A DNA stretch of 64,000 nt. It comes from Utricularia gibba. Taxonomy: Eukaryota > Plantae > Magnoliophyta. The notes under the pieces were generated by a model that was given only the letters and a program-made list of their open reading frames with translations, was not told the DNA's origin and did no database searches. A program made the position numbers and the translations under genes. The DNA is taken from positions 4,216,001-4,280,000 of the forward strand of contig NEEC01000002.1 in NCBI GenBank assembly GCA_002189035.1, given 5' to 3'. This document shows positions 52,500 to 64,000 of the stretch, in pieces; the stretch's first letter is position 1; every line of letters begins with the position of its first letter.

Positions 52500-54710
52500 T
52501 ATTGAGTATATAATACTTGAAACTTTGAGATATTACATTTGATATGTAAGAGTTATTATTTAAGTTATCATGTGTGGTTCTTTTACACAAATCGATTGCA
52601 ATTTGTGTTTTTTTGGTTCTAGCTGAAACTTAAAATTAATTATCAAACCTGAATGCATAAATTTTAGTACAACAGACATTAGATTCCTTGTGTTCTACTC
52701 CAAAACACTATATATATTTTTTGTGGATTTTTTGATTAATGTGCTAACTCTTACAAATTTTATTTGATTTAAAATGTCCAATATTTTACAATGTTCTAGG
52801 ATTTTCATTCATCAAATTCCTTCGTGACAATCTTATGGTTATGGGCAATGCTCTTAATAATAGTGAAAAAATCTTTATGCTTGTCAATGCCCTTGGACAC
52901 TTATGAATCCTTCACAACTTTGATACTAAAACCACCTCATTCCAATCTTGTCAACCAAATTCAGAATTTTGAATTTCGGCATTGTTGGATATCCGACGGT
53001 GCAAAAATTTAGGATATGCCACATCTAGCCTACATCAATCACCAATAGTCTATCTACTCTACGAAAGAAACCATCAACCTCTCGTTTTTCTTCCATGAGT
53101 CTTGGTTTTCAAGTACAGCGCTTCGACTAGTAGAATGCATGCTTATCACCCCTCCTAAAAATAGCGTATGACACCACAATAGCACGAACTATATCATAAT
53201 AAAACATGTCATGTATGTGTCCAAAATTTGTTAATGGTTTCCTCAACAGTTAGCTCTACCATCTCACTAATAACAAGGCCTTGATATTTTGATATTGGAA
53301 AATTATCTTTTGGAAGCAAAGTGGACCACTGATGTATAAGCATTCATCCACATGGAATGTACACTAACAATTACACATAATTTGCATTAATATACACATC
53401 ACGATGGAATCATCATTGGCAATGGATCTAAGCTACTCATCCACGATATAGGATTAGTGCCAATTAAGCAACATAACACCTCTTTGAAATTTTCTAACGT
53501 TTTGTTTGTTCCTAAACTCCAAAAAAATTTATTATTTGTCAAACATATAAACATCTCAATTTTCTATGAATGTTAGTTCACTGATTGTGATTTTGTTGTG
53601 AATGAAACAGATCACATGATCACCACTTCTAAATGACCACTGTAAATGAGATATCTACATTATTTCCAATCTGCTCCATTTATTTATTTTCCTCTAATAG
53701 TTTTATGAGTAGTGATGCAGATCTTTAAAACCTAATTCATGTATCATAGACTTTGTCATCATCAAGTTTTAATTTCAAATAAAAACTTTGAAAAACTTTG
53801 CAAATAATTATCTTTGAAAAATAATTGTTTAATCCATTTTACTAATTGCCTACAACATCATTTCTATGATCACTACCAATATGAAGAACTTTCTAAATTG
53901 CCTTTTTTTTCCTTCCAAACATTTTCATTTACATGCTTTTGATCTAACTCCATTGTGATTTATGTCATAAAGCACCAATTTTTTCAACATAATATTATAG
54001 CTAATGTGCATACATTTTCAATTATTACGTAAAATTTATGTGGTTTTTTTTTTAAGTAGAAAAAGTAATCTTTTTTATTCTTACATAAATTTTGAAAATT
54101 ATGTCTTTCGACAATTACAAATGTTTCAATAACTTTCATTCTACTGAAGGTGATGAGGTTCCAAACGCTAAGCTAACAACCTACTTCCCCAAAATAAGTG
54201 TTACTCATCATGTTTCTTGTCTATATACCTCCAAACAAATAAGGATGGTCGAATGTCATCATTTTTCTTCTTGCAAACTAGATGTGATATTGTTCTTTAC
54301 CATATGAGTTCCCTTATCCTTTTGGGTCAAATCATTCACCACTACCATTTTTATACTAAATAGATTGCCCATGACCACTCTTGATCATGCAAAGCAATTC
54401 TCCTATCTATAAAACACTATATTTGATTAATCTACTTTGCACGTGTTTAGGTTAATATGCTTTGTATATACTTAGACACACAAATACCATAAGTGTGACC
54501 TTAAAATGGCAATTGTGTGTTTTTTTTGGATTATAATGATAATTGAAAATATTACAAGTATAACTACAAATGCAAACATTGGTTGCAAATGGGTGCATAG
54601 CGTCAAAAAATGACCTAGTGAATCTATTGAGAGGTATTGAACTCAGCTTGTGGCCAAAGTATTTATGCAATTTGAAGGTATTGAGATGACACACATTTTT
54701 CCTGAAATTC
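52500..54710 (+). mobile_element. Highly degraded, internally deleted Ty1/copia gag-pol remnant
   Basis: Copia-order fragments: gag (LMVMGNALNNSEKIFMLVNALG..YESFTTLILKPP), protease (LFVPKLQKNLL), integrase (PLSFWVKSFTTTIFILNRLP) and RT start (IGCKWVHSVKK..IERY*TQLVAK). Confidence 0.7.
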
Positions 54711-54736
54711 ATAATGCAAAATAGTTATATTTTATT

Positions 54737-55590
54737 ATGGTTTAGGTTAGATAAATGTGGTTTTTCACGCTTTGGTGGTGTTTATGTTAATTCTATGTGA
54801 TTATGTTGAAAAGTGGACTAAATCCTTTGATTTAGTCCACAACTCTTGTTACTGATGTTTCAGTAAGTTCATCAGGGAGATGAGCCGAAAATCAGACTTG
54901 CATGCGTGTAAAACAAGTGAAAAAGGGCGCAAAATCTGGAGAAGGACAAAGGGCATTGTTTTGTTGCTACCGCAGTCTGCAAGTTCAGGCCAAGAGCAGT
55001 ACTGGCGGTCAGGAACAGTATTTGCGGTCATGAATAGTACTGGCAGTCAGAAACAATGCAATGGAGTGAAGCAAAAGAAAAGGAAATTAATTCGGAAAAA
55101 AGAAAGAGAGCGAAAAAGTTTGGGAAAAAAATAGTAGGGGGGGCGCAAGGATAAGAGTTAGGGAAGCGAGCAGATTGAGGCAACTCTCACTCGAGACTAA
55201 CATAAATTTCAGAATGACTGAACCTGAGAAGACCTTGAACGAATTGGATGCTGCTGATTATACTTGCAAAGGTCTGTGCATCAGATTTCCAGAAAATAGA
55301 GCAAACAAGCTGAAACCGGCGATGATCAATTTTTTGCCCAAGTTTTATGGAAAAATTGGAGAGAATTCCCATGAGCATTTAGACAATGTAACAACGGTAT
55401 GCACATCATTCAAGGGAGCTGGAATGACTGAGGCCTTCCAATTTACTTTGGAAGGAGGAGCTAGAACATGGTTCAACTCACTAAGGCCTGAAAGCATAAC
55501 CGATTGGACTAGAATGAAGAAGGTATTTTTGAGTAAATATTTTCCTGCTTTCGATTGGAAGCATAACCGATTGGTTTGTCATACTAGGGT
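54737..55590 (+). mobile_element. Ty3/gypsy (Athila-like) fragment: LTR-like leader plus an open Retrotrans_gag segment (ORF 55175..55606)
   Basis: LKPAMINFLPKFYGKIGENSHEHL..FTLEGGARTWFNSLRPESITDWTRMKKVFLSKYFP matches the gypsy gag pattern LPKFHG..P..HL..A..W..L...SI..W..M...FL.KYFP. Confidence 0.75.
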
Positions 55591-58189
55591 ATTTAATCTA
55601 AGTTAGATTTAATAAACTTTAAACAAAATTTAGAGCAAACACACATGATGAAACATATCGGATTAAAATTTAGAAAAAAGAAAGATAACACCTTAAGGTT
55701 CCATGGATTGAATACTCTTCACTACTCATATAGAATTTTATGTAACTGTAACCCATTTTATCCTATAATAAGTTTAAGTTTATCTAAATCTTCTTTTTTT
55801 TCTAACTTTGATCTTATGGTTCTTGTTCATGATCTTATTGCTCTAATTCTCATTTATAATCTTCCTTTGATTCATGATCTTATTGCTCTCGTTCTCATTT
55901 ATCTTCACATTACTAGATTGTACCATGTGCATATGGGTTGTTTGCATCGATTGATTAAATATTGTGAAATTGTAGTGTTTTGATTTGCAGTTGAATATAA
56001 AAAAAATTTCTAACCCATTCCTATTGCTCATACAATCACCGTTCAACACAAATCAGAACAAGAGGAAGTCATGGGCTCAATAATGGGCATTCTCTAGTAA
56101 GCTCGTGGCAAAACTGTAATATAGATTGGTATATATCCAGGAATCAAATGAATTCATCATTTTTTGCATTTGGTATATTTAATTAGCACTGTATTGTATT
56201 ATAGATTGGTAAACTCTTTGTTTTACCTTCTAGACGATAGAGTTGGCAAGATACCCATTTTAGATGTGTTCATTTTGAGAAATACCTGACTTTTGTCAAA
56301 TATTGACAAAATGTTTGTAATTTTGTGTTCCAAAATTCTTATTAGTTTTTTAACAAAAAATCAATTAGTTTTTTACTTTTTTGGGTTTTATGATATGATT
56401 AAAAAGTTCAATGATTAACAATTTCAAGTTTACGCATACACATCTAAAACAATTTTATTTAAAAATAAATTGTTTCTTTATAATCATATTAAAATACCTT
56501 ATTGAAAAAATTCAAATTATTTTTTCTAGTATCATACAATTAGGATATGCATGCGTCTTGTAACATTTATAAAAAAATAAAAATATTATTTAAAGAATAA
56601 AATTTTTATATATTTTAAAATCTCTTTATGAAAATCAAAATGTTTGGAATATACCATTATTTATTCAGGTATAGATCGTTTTAGTTCCACCCAAATCCAC
56701 AACAAAAGGAATATCCCAATGTATTTTTATACTTAATAATGTAATTCGAATTTTGTGTTCAAATTCTTGCAATAATAAAATTAGAAATAGAAAATTTTAT
56801 TTGTTTTCATTTCCATCGAAGATTTTTTTAGTGTCCAAGAAAATTTTTACTCCAACACGTTATGGGATAGTAATTAAAAAATTGAAACCATTTCACGAGT
56901 TAAATAATTAATGGGTTTTATGCATATTTTAAATAAATATTATTAATTATTATTGCAATAGTAAGAATGCAAATATGTTTAATTTTTTTATTTTTAATAT
57001 AATTTTAAAATATTATTGCACTTGATAAAAACTATATATCTTATCGATTTTTTATTTAATGACTTGCTTTAGACAATTATTGATTATAATCTTTGTTTTT
57101 GCTTTCAATTATGTATTAGTTTTTTAAAAATATATAAAATAAATTTATAAATAAAAATAATATGAATTACATGTAATTCTCAAATTGTTTCCAAAAACCA
57201 GATCTTTTGCAAATGTATTTTCCAGGACAAATATGGTTTGATGTCGGCACACGTGGCTGCCATGAGAATGATGGGCCTTCGGCCCAGTATCAGATTATTG
57301 AGCAAAGGCAGAGCGAATCATTTTTTGGGAAAGCAGAGGCACTCCTGTGTTTTTAAAAGAAGAGGGGCGGGGTATTGATGACGTGTAGCATGATTGATTG
57401 GGCCCGAAATTCCATGGACCCCAACTGATGTTTTAAATTTAAATTAATATTTGAGTAGTATTATTGGCAATAATACAATACTCCCACCACAACATTTAAA
57501 TGTTTATTATGCTGTCCCTGTATTATCCACAATTTTAAAAATAATTACAATTACCTCCTAATTAATCCGCAATTACATCTTACACATTTTTGCGAACAGA
57601 GAGTCAGAGCGGGCCCACACGACATTGGTGACGACTGCTCTCACTCTGCTGCACTGCAGACAGATAAACCAACCATTTTCTTGAAAGAAAAAAAATAATG
57701 TATTGGATGCGGTAGGTCGTCCGATCGCTAATTCAATGTTGGTTGAGGGAGGAGAGGGTGCTGCCTTTAACTTGGTAACAAAAGGATTGAATTTTGAATA
57801 ATTTTGTGGCGGTTGGAAATGGAATGGAGGGAGCTTTCATAGCCGGGATTATGCATCGCAGCGTTGACAAAGGGAATGAATGCAGTGGAGAGACCTTTTT
57901 TTTTTTTCCTAAGTGGGATGGAGAAGTAGCATCTCCTTTGTCTGTTATCTCTTCCGGGGTTTCGCCTATTTATTCTGAATTGTTCTGGGAATTGTGTGAG
58001 CTCCTGAGCTTGCCTTCCGGGAACTAACTCACCTACAGTTCGTCTCCTCTGTTGTCTAGTTTTACGACTGGGCTGACTTCTGCTTCAACCTTGTCGTTGC
58101 TGCCATTGCTTCACGACAAGTGTATGGAATTCGGGGTCTCTTATTCTAAAAAGCATTTTCAATTGGTGATCTGTTTGCTTGAGATTCAG

Positions 58190-60617
58190 ATGTCGGCTAC
58201 CTCTGGGGAAATAGTTGAGGTGAAAGGTGAGTGCTGTTCTGTTCATGGGTCCAAAACGCTTCAACCAAGTAGAGAGCGGTTCTCCCCCATTTTGAAGGGA
58301 AAGCCTGACAAGCCTTTAGAGAACGAGATACACAGGCTTCTTCATGCGGTAACACCACGAGCATGTAAGAGTTTGGATCTCCCTCAGCCGGAGAGAAATT
58401 CTTCTAAGAAGCCTGTGAATGCCGCCGGTTCTGGGTCTCCGGTTATTGGTTTTTCCGAACCGGTTTCTCTGAAGCAAGCGTTGAGGGGATTGTGCATTTC
58501 GCAAGCAGCTGAAATGGCTGCCGTTAAAAGGCTATCCATGACTGCGTCTCCTCGGGTTTCGGATGGTGTAAAAGTCATGATTCCCTGCAGCTTGGTTGCT
58601 GAAGGTGGGAAATCATGTAATATTTCTTCTATGGAGGGGAAAATTACAGCAGGGATTTCTCGGTTAAATGTGAAAGGAGCAGCAACTCATGGCGCAGTTG
58701 TTGCAGAGGCTAATACAGCAGCTATTGAAATGGGGAACCCGGTGGCTCAGGAGAGTGCAGCATCTTGTGAGGGAAAACCAGCCTGGGTAGGATGTCACGA
58801 CCCCATAGTGAAGTTCAGATACGGAAAAGGTGCTTTATGTCCAAGTTCAGCTTCTTCTTCTAATGTGGCCAACAGGGCAACAACAAGGGTTAGGAGGAAG
58901 CCAAAGTTGCAGACTGCTTCCACCTCTCACGCTATGAAAAGCCGAAGAGGCATAAAAACTGCTAGAAATGTCTCTCGCGGTGTAAAACCAGCAGTTAGAA
59001 ACTGGAATGTTGTGGTGAGGAAATCGAAGAAGGCTGTTGTTCCAACTGGTGCAGAGTTCAACTCTGAGCACCTTATCTGTCAAAAGTGCCAGTGTTCATT
59101 CAGGATTGAAGATGAGGATGCAACTAAAACTAGTAAGGGTGGAGTCAGTAATGGTGATCACAATCCTCAGTTAGTATTGAAGTATGCAGAAGCTCAATCT
59201 GCTAAACAAAACTTCATATCGAAGGCTGTGGAGAAAGGGGATATCTCCCATAGTTCAAAGAGCAGTATTTGCGAGTCCAGCAGTAGCGCTACTAGTCTTA
59301 GTGAGGAAAGCAGTCGAAGCGGCTCCTCATGTAGGAACAGGCCGCATATGTCGATGGACTTGAGGTGGAGAGCAATTGCCCGCGTAAGAAAGAAGCATGG
59401 CTACCTGACCCTGAGCCACTTCAATTTGCTGAAGAAGCTGGGTTCTGGTGATATAGGTACTGTTTATCTTGCTAAACTGATTGGCACAGATCCTTTGTTT
59501 GCCATAAAAGTTATGGACATCGAGTTCTTGGCAAAAAGGCAGAAGATGCCTAGAGCTCAAAGAGAAGTAGAAATTCTCAGAATGCTGGATCATCCATTTC
59601 TTCCTACACTTTATGCACAGTTCACATCAGATAATCTGTCATGCTTGGTGATGGAGTTTTGTCATGGGGGCGACCTCCATGTTCTTCGACAGAAGCAGCC
59701 CACCGGACATTTCGCTGAACATGAAGCAAGGTATGTGGAGTTCATGGGTTTCATCATAGTATATGGTATGCCGTATGATTCAAGCTTTGAGCATTTTCTG
59801 ATGATTTAGCTTCCTTTTACTCAGATTTTATGTTGCTGAGATCCTCCTTGCTCTCGAGTACCTCCACATGCTCGGAATTGTATACAGAGATCTCAAACCA
59901 GAGAACATTCTGGTTCGAGACGACGGCCATATCATGCTTACGGATTTTGATCTTTCACTCAGATGCTCTGTGAATCCAACCGTCGTGAATTCAGCCATTG
60001 AGCCCGGTCGAGTCTCTGTTCAATGCTCAGGCTCAAACTGCACTGACCCATTCTGCGCTGGGCCTTCCTGCAATGTCTCATGCTTCACTCCCCGCATTTT
60101 TTCTACCAACACAAGGACCGGGAAGCCAAAAGCCTACACGGGTGAGGGCGGACCCCTACCGCAGGTCGTGGTTGAGCCGAAGGAAGCACGATCTAACTCC
60201 TTCGTCGGCACACACGAATACTTGGCTCCGGAGATAATCAAAGGCGAAGGTCATGGCAGCGCTGTAGACTGGTGGACATTCGGGGTTCTTCTTTATGAGC
60301 TTTTATACGGGAGCACGCCCTTCAAAGGCTCTGGAAATGAAGAGACACTGTCAAACATCGTGTTGCAGAGCCTGGAATTCCCTGATGCGCCTCGGGTTAG
60401 TTTCCAGGCGAGGGATCTGATCAGAAGGCTCCTGGTGAAGGAACCGGAGAGCCGGATGGGGACGGAGACGGGAGCCGCGGAGATCAAGAGGCACCCCTTC
60501 TTCGAGGGGCTGAATTGGGCTCTCATTCGATCCGCTATTCCTCCTCCAGTTCACGAGTCCAGTGCCGATGCCGGTGCCGGCGCCGGTGCAGGTGCGGGAG
60601 GGAGCATGCGGATTTAG
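58190..60617 (+). CDS. KIPK: AGC1 (AGCVIIIa) Ser/Thr kinase, KIPK-like; exons 58190..59730 and 59825..60617; about 777 aa
   Basis: The N-terminal [25 protein letters not shown] motif is characteristic of KIPK. Kinase motifs [20 protein letters not shown] (AGCVIII variant of DFG), a T-loop insert and [17 protein letters not shown] 58190 follows a CAG acceptor, suggesting a 5' UTR intron. Confidence 0.9.
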
Positions 60618-62443
60618 TCAGTTGGGTTCAAATTTAATGCCCCAATTACTTACTACTCAATGGGCCATTTTAAATAAATCGGAGTGCATACAAAATCAAT
60701 GATATTTGGTCTTGAAATTTGAAAATTCTGCACCAAACAAATACTCTTTTCCGATTTTGCTCTCCACTCTCCCACAGACAATCTCTTTTTTTGATGTTAC
60801 AAAAAAGGAAAACAAATCTTTTAGTTTTTTTTTAACTATCGTGATGATGCTTTATGACGATCAATAATTAGGAATGAGATCACTTGAGATTGAAATGTAA
60901 TTCTATAGCAATCCAATGGTTCCTCAGTTCCCTGCATTCCCTTTCCAATGCAACCATGGTCTTTAAATATTTCTGGTCTACTAGTAGATAAATTCCCCAT
61001 ACATTATTATTTGGCAATAATAAGAATAATGATATCAGTTGTGACAGTTGCATGAGTTGTACAAAATTCTTTTAATTGGCTCATACAAATTATAACTCGA
61101 TGCCATTGAGACAATGAAAAAGCTTAATCCATGGAGTCGAGCTCCTATGTCTTTATTGGTACAAGAGATGGGTCTTTGAAACAGTTCATTTCCCTTTATT
61201 GAGTCTTACCAAGTAGACCTACTTTAAATATAAACCATGGGACTCCACCCTCCAATACGTTGTGATACAAAATTTAAAAGCTAAAGTATAGTTATAAATT
61301 ATATAAAAATTAGCGTTCCATTAAAAAGAATGGTGTAGTTGTTCATAAAAAAATCCATATAAAGTAATCTTTTGATTGGATAGCAAAATGATCCAAATTT
61401 CGACATTTGGAAACAAAGTATACTTTCTAGCATAAGGAGGATATAAACACAAGGGAGACATTATTTTCAATCAATAATTCTTCCATCAAGCACTTGAAGC
61501 AGCTTCCCACCAAAGCAGAAGCTGCATCCTTTGGTGAGCGACTTGCTCATCCTAAGGCACTTCCTTAATGAGCAAGCATCTCATAATATGAATAATTTTT
61601 AGTCTTTTCCTTTTCTTGTTGGTGACACAATCCTACTTTTTTTAGACACCAATGCTCTATTTTCAGGTCCCAAACAATCCATTCTTGCAACTATTTCTTT
61701 GTAGAGAGCATCCTCCAATGCCACCTTTTATTGAATCTTCATCTCCATGCTTTTTCCCAGCTATATAATAAGCTCATTGATCTCAACATCCGATCTGCTG
61801 TTCACACTCAGACACCCTTGTTGCTCCTTCCCAACGAGCTAATGAAAAACTTCCATCATGTCAAAAAACGGGTTTCCATCTAGAGGCAACTCTCATGGCC
61901 GAAGCTCTTGCTGTTGCTGGATTCAAGCTACATTCTATCGTCTCTGGTATGATACAATTTAAGTTTGAAATTTGGTGGACAAATGAAAAGTGAAATGAAT
62001 AAAAACAATAGTTTACAATTAGGGATTTCATGGGGCAAAAAAGTTTAATACTTTTGGATTATTATAATTTAAATACAAAAACAAGTGACTTATGTATATA
62101 AACCTACTACATGAAAAAAAACACTAAATATATATATTTTTTCTGTCTAAAATAGAATCAATTTCTTCTACTTCATTTGATATCGTCACACCCTTTTCTT
62201 CTTCCAACACTCAGCAATCCATGTAAAATTCCCCGGCAACACTCCTTGAATCATGCATGGTGTGCTTTTTAAAGATCATGGCATCCATCATCCGATGTTT
62301 CATCCTGATTTCTTCAAATGAATATTTCCAGAAGCTTTGCTACGCAATCTTACTAGCTGCTTTTCTGATTCAATATGTGGACTGAAAAGGAACAATAACA
62401 CATAAAATCAAGAAATCACAGGTTTAGTAATTCAATATCCTAA

Positions 62444-64000
62444 GGGCGCATTTGGTTGTTGGGTTTAGATGGGTAGCAGCGTGGGTTTAGACATAAACCC
62501 ACGTTTGGTACGTGGGTTTCAGGTGGGTAAAAATAAACCCACCTGTTGACCATAAACCGGGCGGGAACCCTTGGAGCTGGGTTTAGCTAAACCCGGGGGG
62601 GGGGGGGTCGGTTTAGCTAAACCCAGCTCGGCACTTCCACTTTTGCCCTTGTGTGAACTTCATTTGAATGCAGATCTACGACCCAAATTTGTTCGTGGTT
62701 TACCGGTGGCGTCGCTTGTTCTTTGAGCGCAAGAGGGTGGGTCTTTCGATAAGTATGCTTTTCTGTTCTTGGTGGGTTGGTCCACGGTAGCACCACGAGA
62801 GGCCAACCACGGCAGCACCACATAGTGGATTTTTATTTGTGATTTTCCAATTTCAAAATCTGTGGTGCTGTGTCAGTGAACTTATTTTGCTCGATTTTGA
62901 TGACTGTTGAGGGGACATGGATTTTTTCACAGAGGGTCATGCCATCTTGAGTGCGACAGCAGGAGCTTTGACTGAATACTTGGTGCAGATGAATGTGTTA
63001 GTATACTTACATTGGAAGAAATACCGTAGGGGATATAGGGTGCGACGCAAGTATTCACTTACACAAAAGATTTCTAGACAAGTTGAGTTTATTAGTAGGT
63101 TGGTGAGTGATGTGAATAGCGCATCCATTGAGAATTTGAGAATCAGCCAAGATGCATTGGGTATTTTATGTAGCCTATTAAAAAATCATTCTAACTTAAA
63201 GGCTGGAAAATATGTAACGGTTCCGGAGATGGTTTGCATTTTTTTAGGAATATTAGGTCATCATAAAAAATTGCGGTGCAGAAGCATGTCTACGGGAGGA
63301 GCACCGAGACTGTGTCTAGGTGCTTCCAAAAGGTGTTGCATGCGGTGCTTTGACTCCATGAGGTGCTGTTAGAGACCCCTATAGTTGCTACAGAACGTGC
63401 ATCCGAAGGGAAGTTTAAACACTTCCAGGTAGACACATCTTTCATGCTTTTTTTTACGAATATGTATCCTAAAATTGATTATGCATTTGCAGGGTTGTGT
63501 TGGAGTTAACAAATGTGATGCTACAAGGTACAGAAATCAAAAGGGGTGATATCCACCAACGTGTTGGGTGTATGTGATGAACACATGAAATTTATATATG
63601 TGCTTGCTGGGTGGGAGGGGTCTGCTGCAGATAGTCGGGTGCTAAACGATGCATTCTCACGATTCGACGGCTTCCGTGTACGCCCAGGTATTTCACTTGT
63701 TTAGCCCTTTCGCATGTGATTCCAATGATTTTATGCACCATGTATACATGATGACACATGAACATATTACCTATGTGACAATGGATATGCTAATAGGAAG
63801 AGCTTTTTGGCACCATATCGTGGGGTCTGTTACCACTTGAAGAAGTAAGGACAAGGAAATGGAGCACCCCAGAATGCGAAGGAGCTATTCAACATGGGGC
63901 ATGCATCAGCCAAAAATGTGATTGAACGAGCTTGGGGCTTGATGAAGATGCGGTGGGGTATACTACGGACGGCTAGCTACTATTCCGTAGACACACAGAA
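62444..64000 (+). mobile_element. PIF/Harbinger element, 5' end plus decayed transposase; runs off the window
   Basis: TAA followed by a GGGCGCATTTGG terminus (PIF-type TIR after a TAA target). ORF from 62917 continues with RSTETVSRCF, NVLGVCD..FIYVLAGWEGSAADSRVL, YLCDNGY..FLAPYRG and NVIERAWGLMKMRWGIL. Frameshifts, stops, and the ALDGT catalytic segment is missing. Confidence 0.88.

Noticed and set aside
58052-58189. N-terminal extension of the kinase ORF shown in the track
   Set aside because: It starts at a non-ATG codon in pyrimidine-rich, intron-like sequence ending in CAG directly before ATG 58190.
60900-62000. Possible copia gag remnant on the minus strand
   Set aside because: Similarity was too weak to support without a profile search.
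1-64000. tRNA, rRNA or conserved miRNA genes
   Set aside because: None recognised by eye. tRNAscan-SE and an Rfam or miRBase search would be needed to exclude them.

Overview
Plant nuclear DNA from a eudicot, possibly an asterid of the Lamiales (the 2S albumin resembles sesame Ses i 1). Compact, short-intron genes sit as islands in AT-rich, transposon-littered spacers. Genes in order: E2FA-like transcription factor (+), sucrose-phosphatase (+), WVD2/WDL TPX2-domain protein (-), carbamoyl-phosphate synthase large subunit carB (-), HISN3 isomerase (-), 2S albumin (+), FtsZ2 (-), an FT-like PEBP pseudogene (+) and a KIPK-like AGC1 kinase (+). The six-frame track misses most of the exon structure. 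Mobile DNA: four solo LTRs with 5-bp target-site duplications (TSDs), Ty1/copia and Ty3/gypsy remnants, decayed PIF/Harbinger transposases at both window ends, and a Ulp1-carrying Mutator element nested inside the terminal inverted repeat (TIR) of a smaller Mutator-type MITE, with both 9-bp TSDs exact. Seven single-base deletions in homopolymer runs break otherwise conserved genes; this is most likely uncorrected long-read assembly error. I found no clearly new biological system. The best leads are the nested MULE beside a CpG-decayed FT-like gene with an altered segment B, a palindromic G13 hairpin in the Harbinger end, and genes that appear to be inserted into a conserved synteny block.
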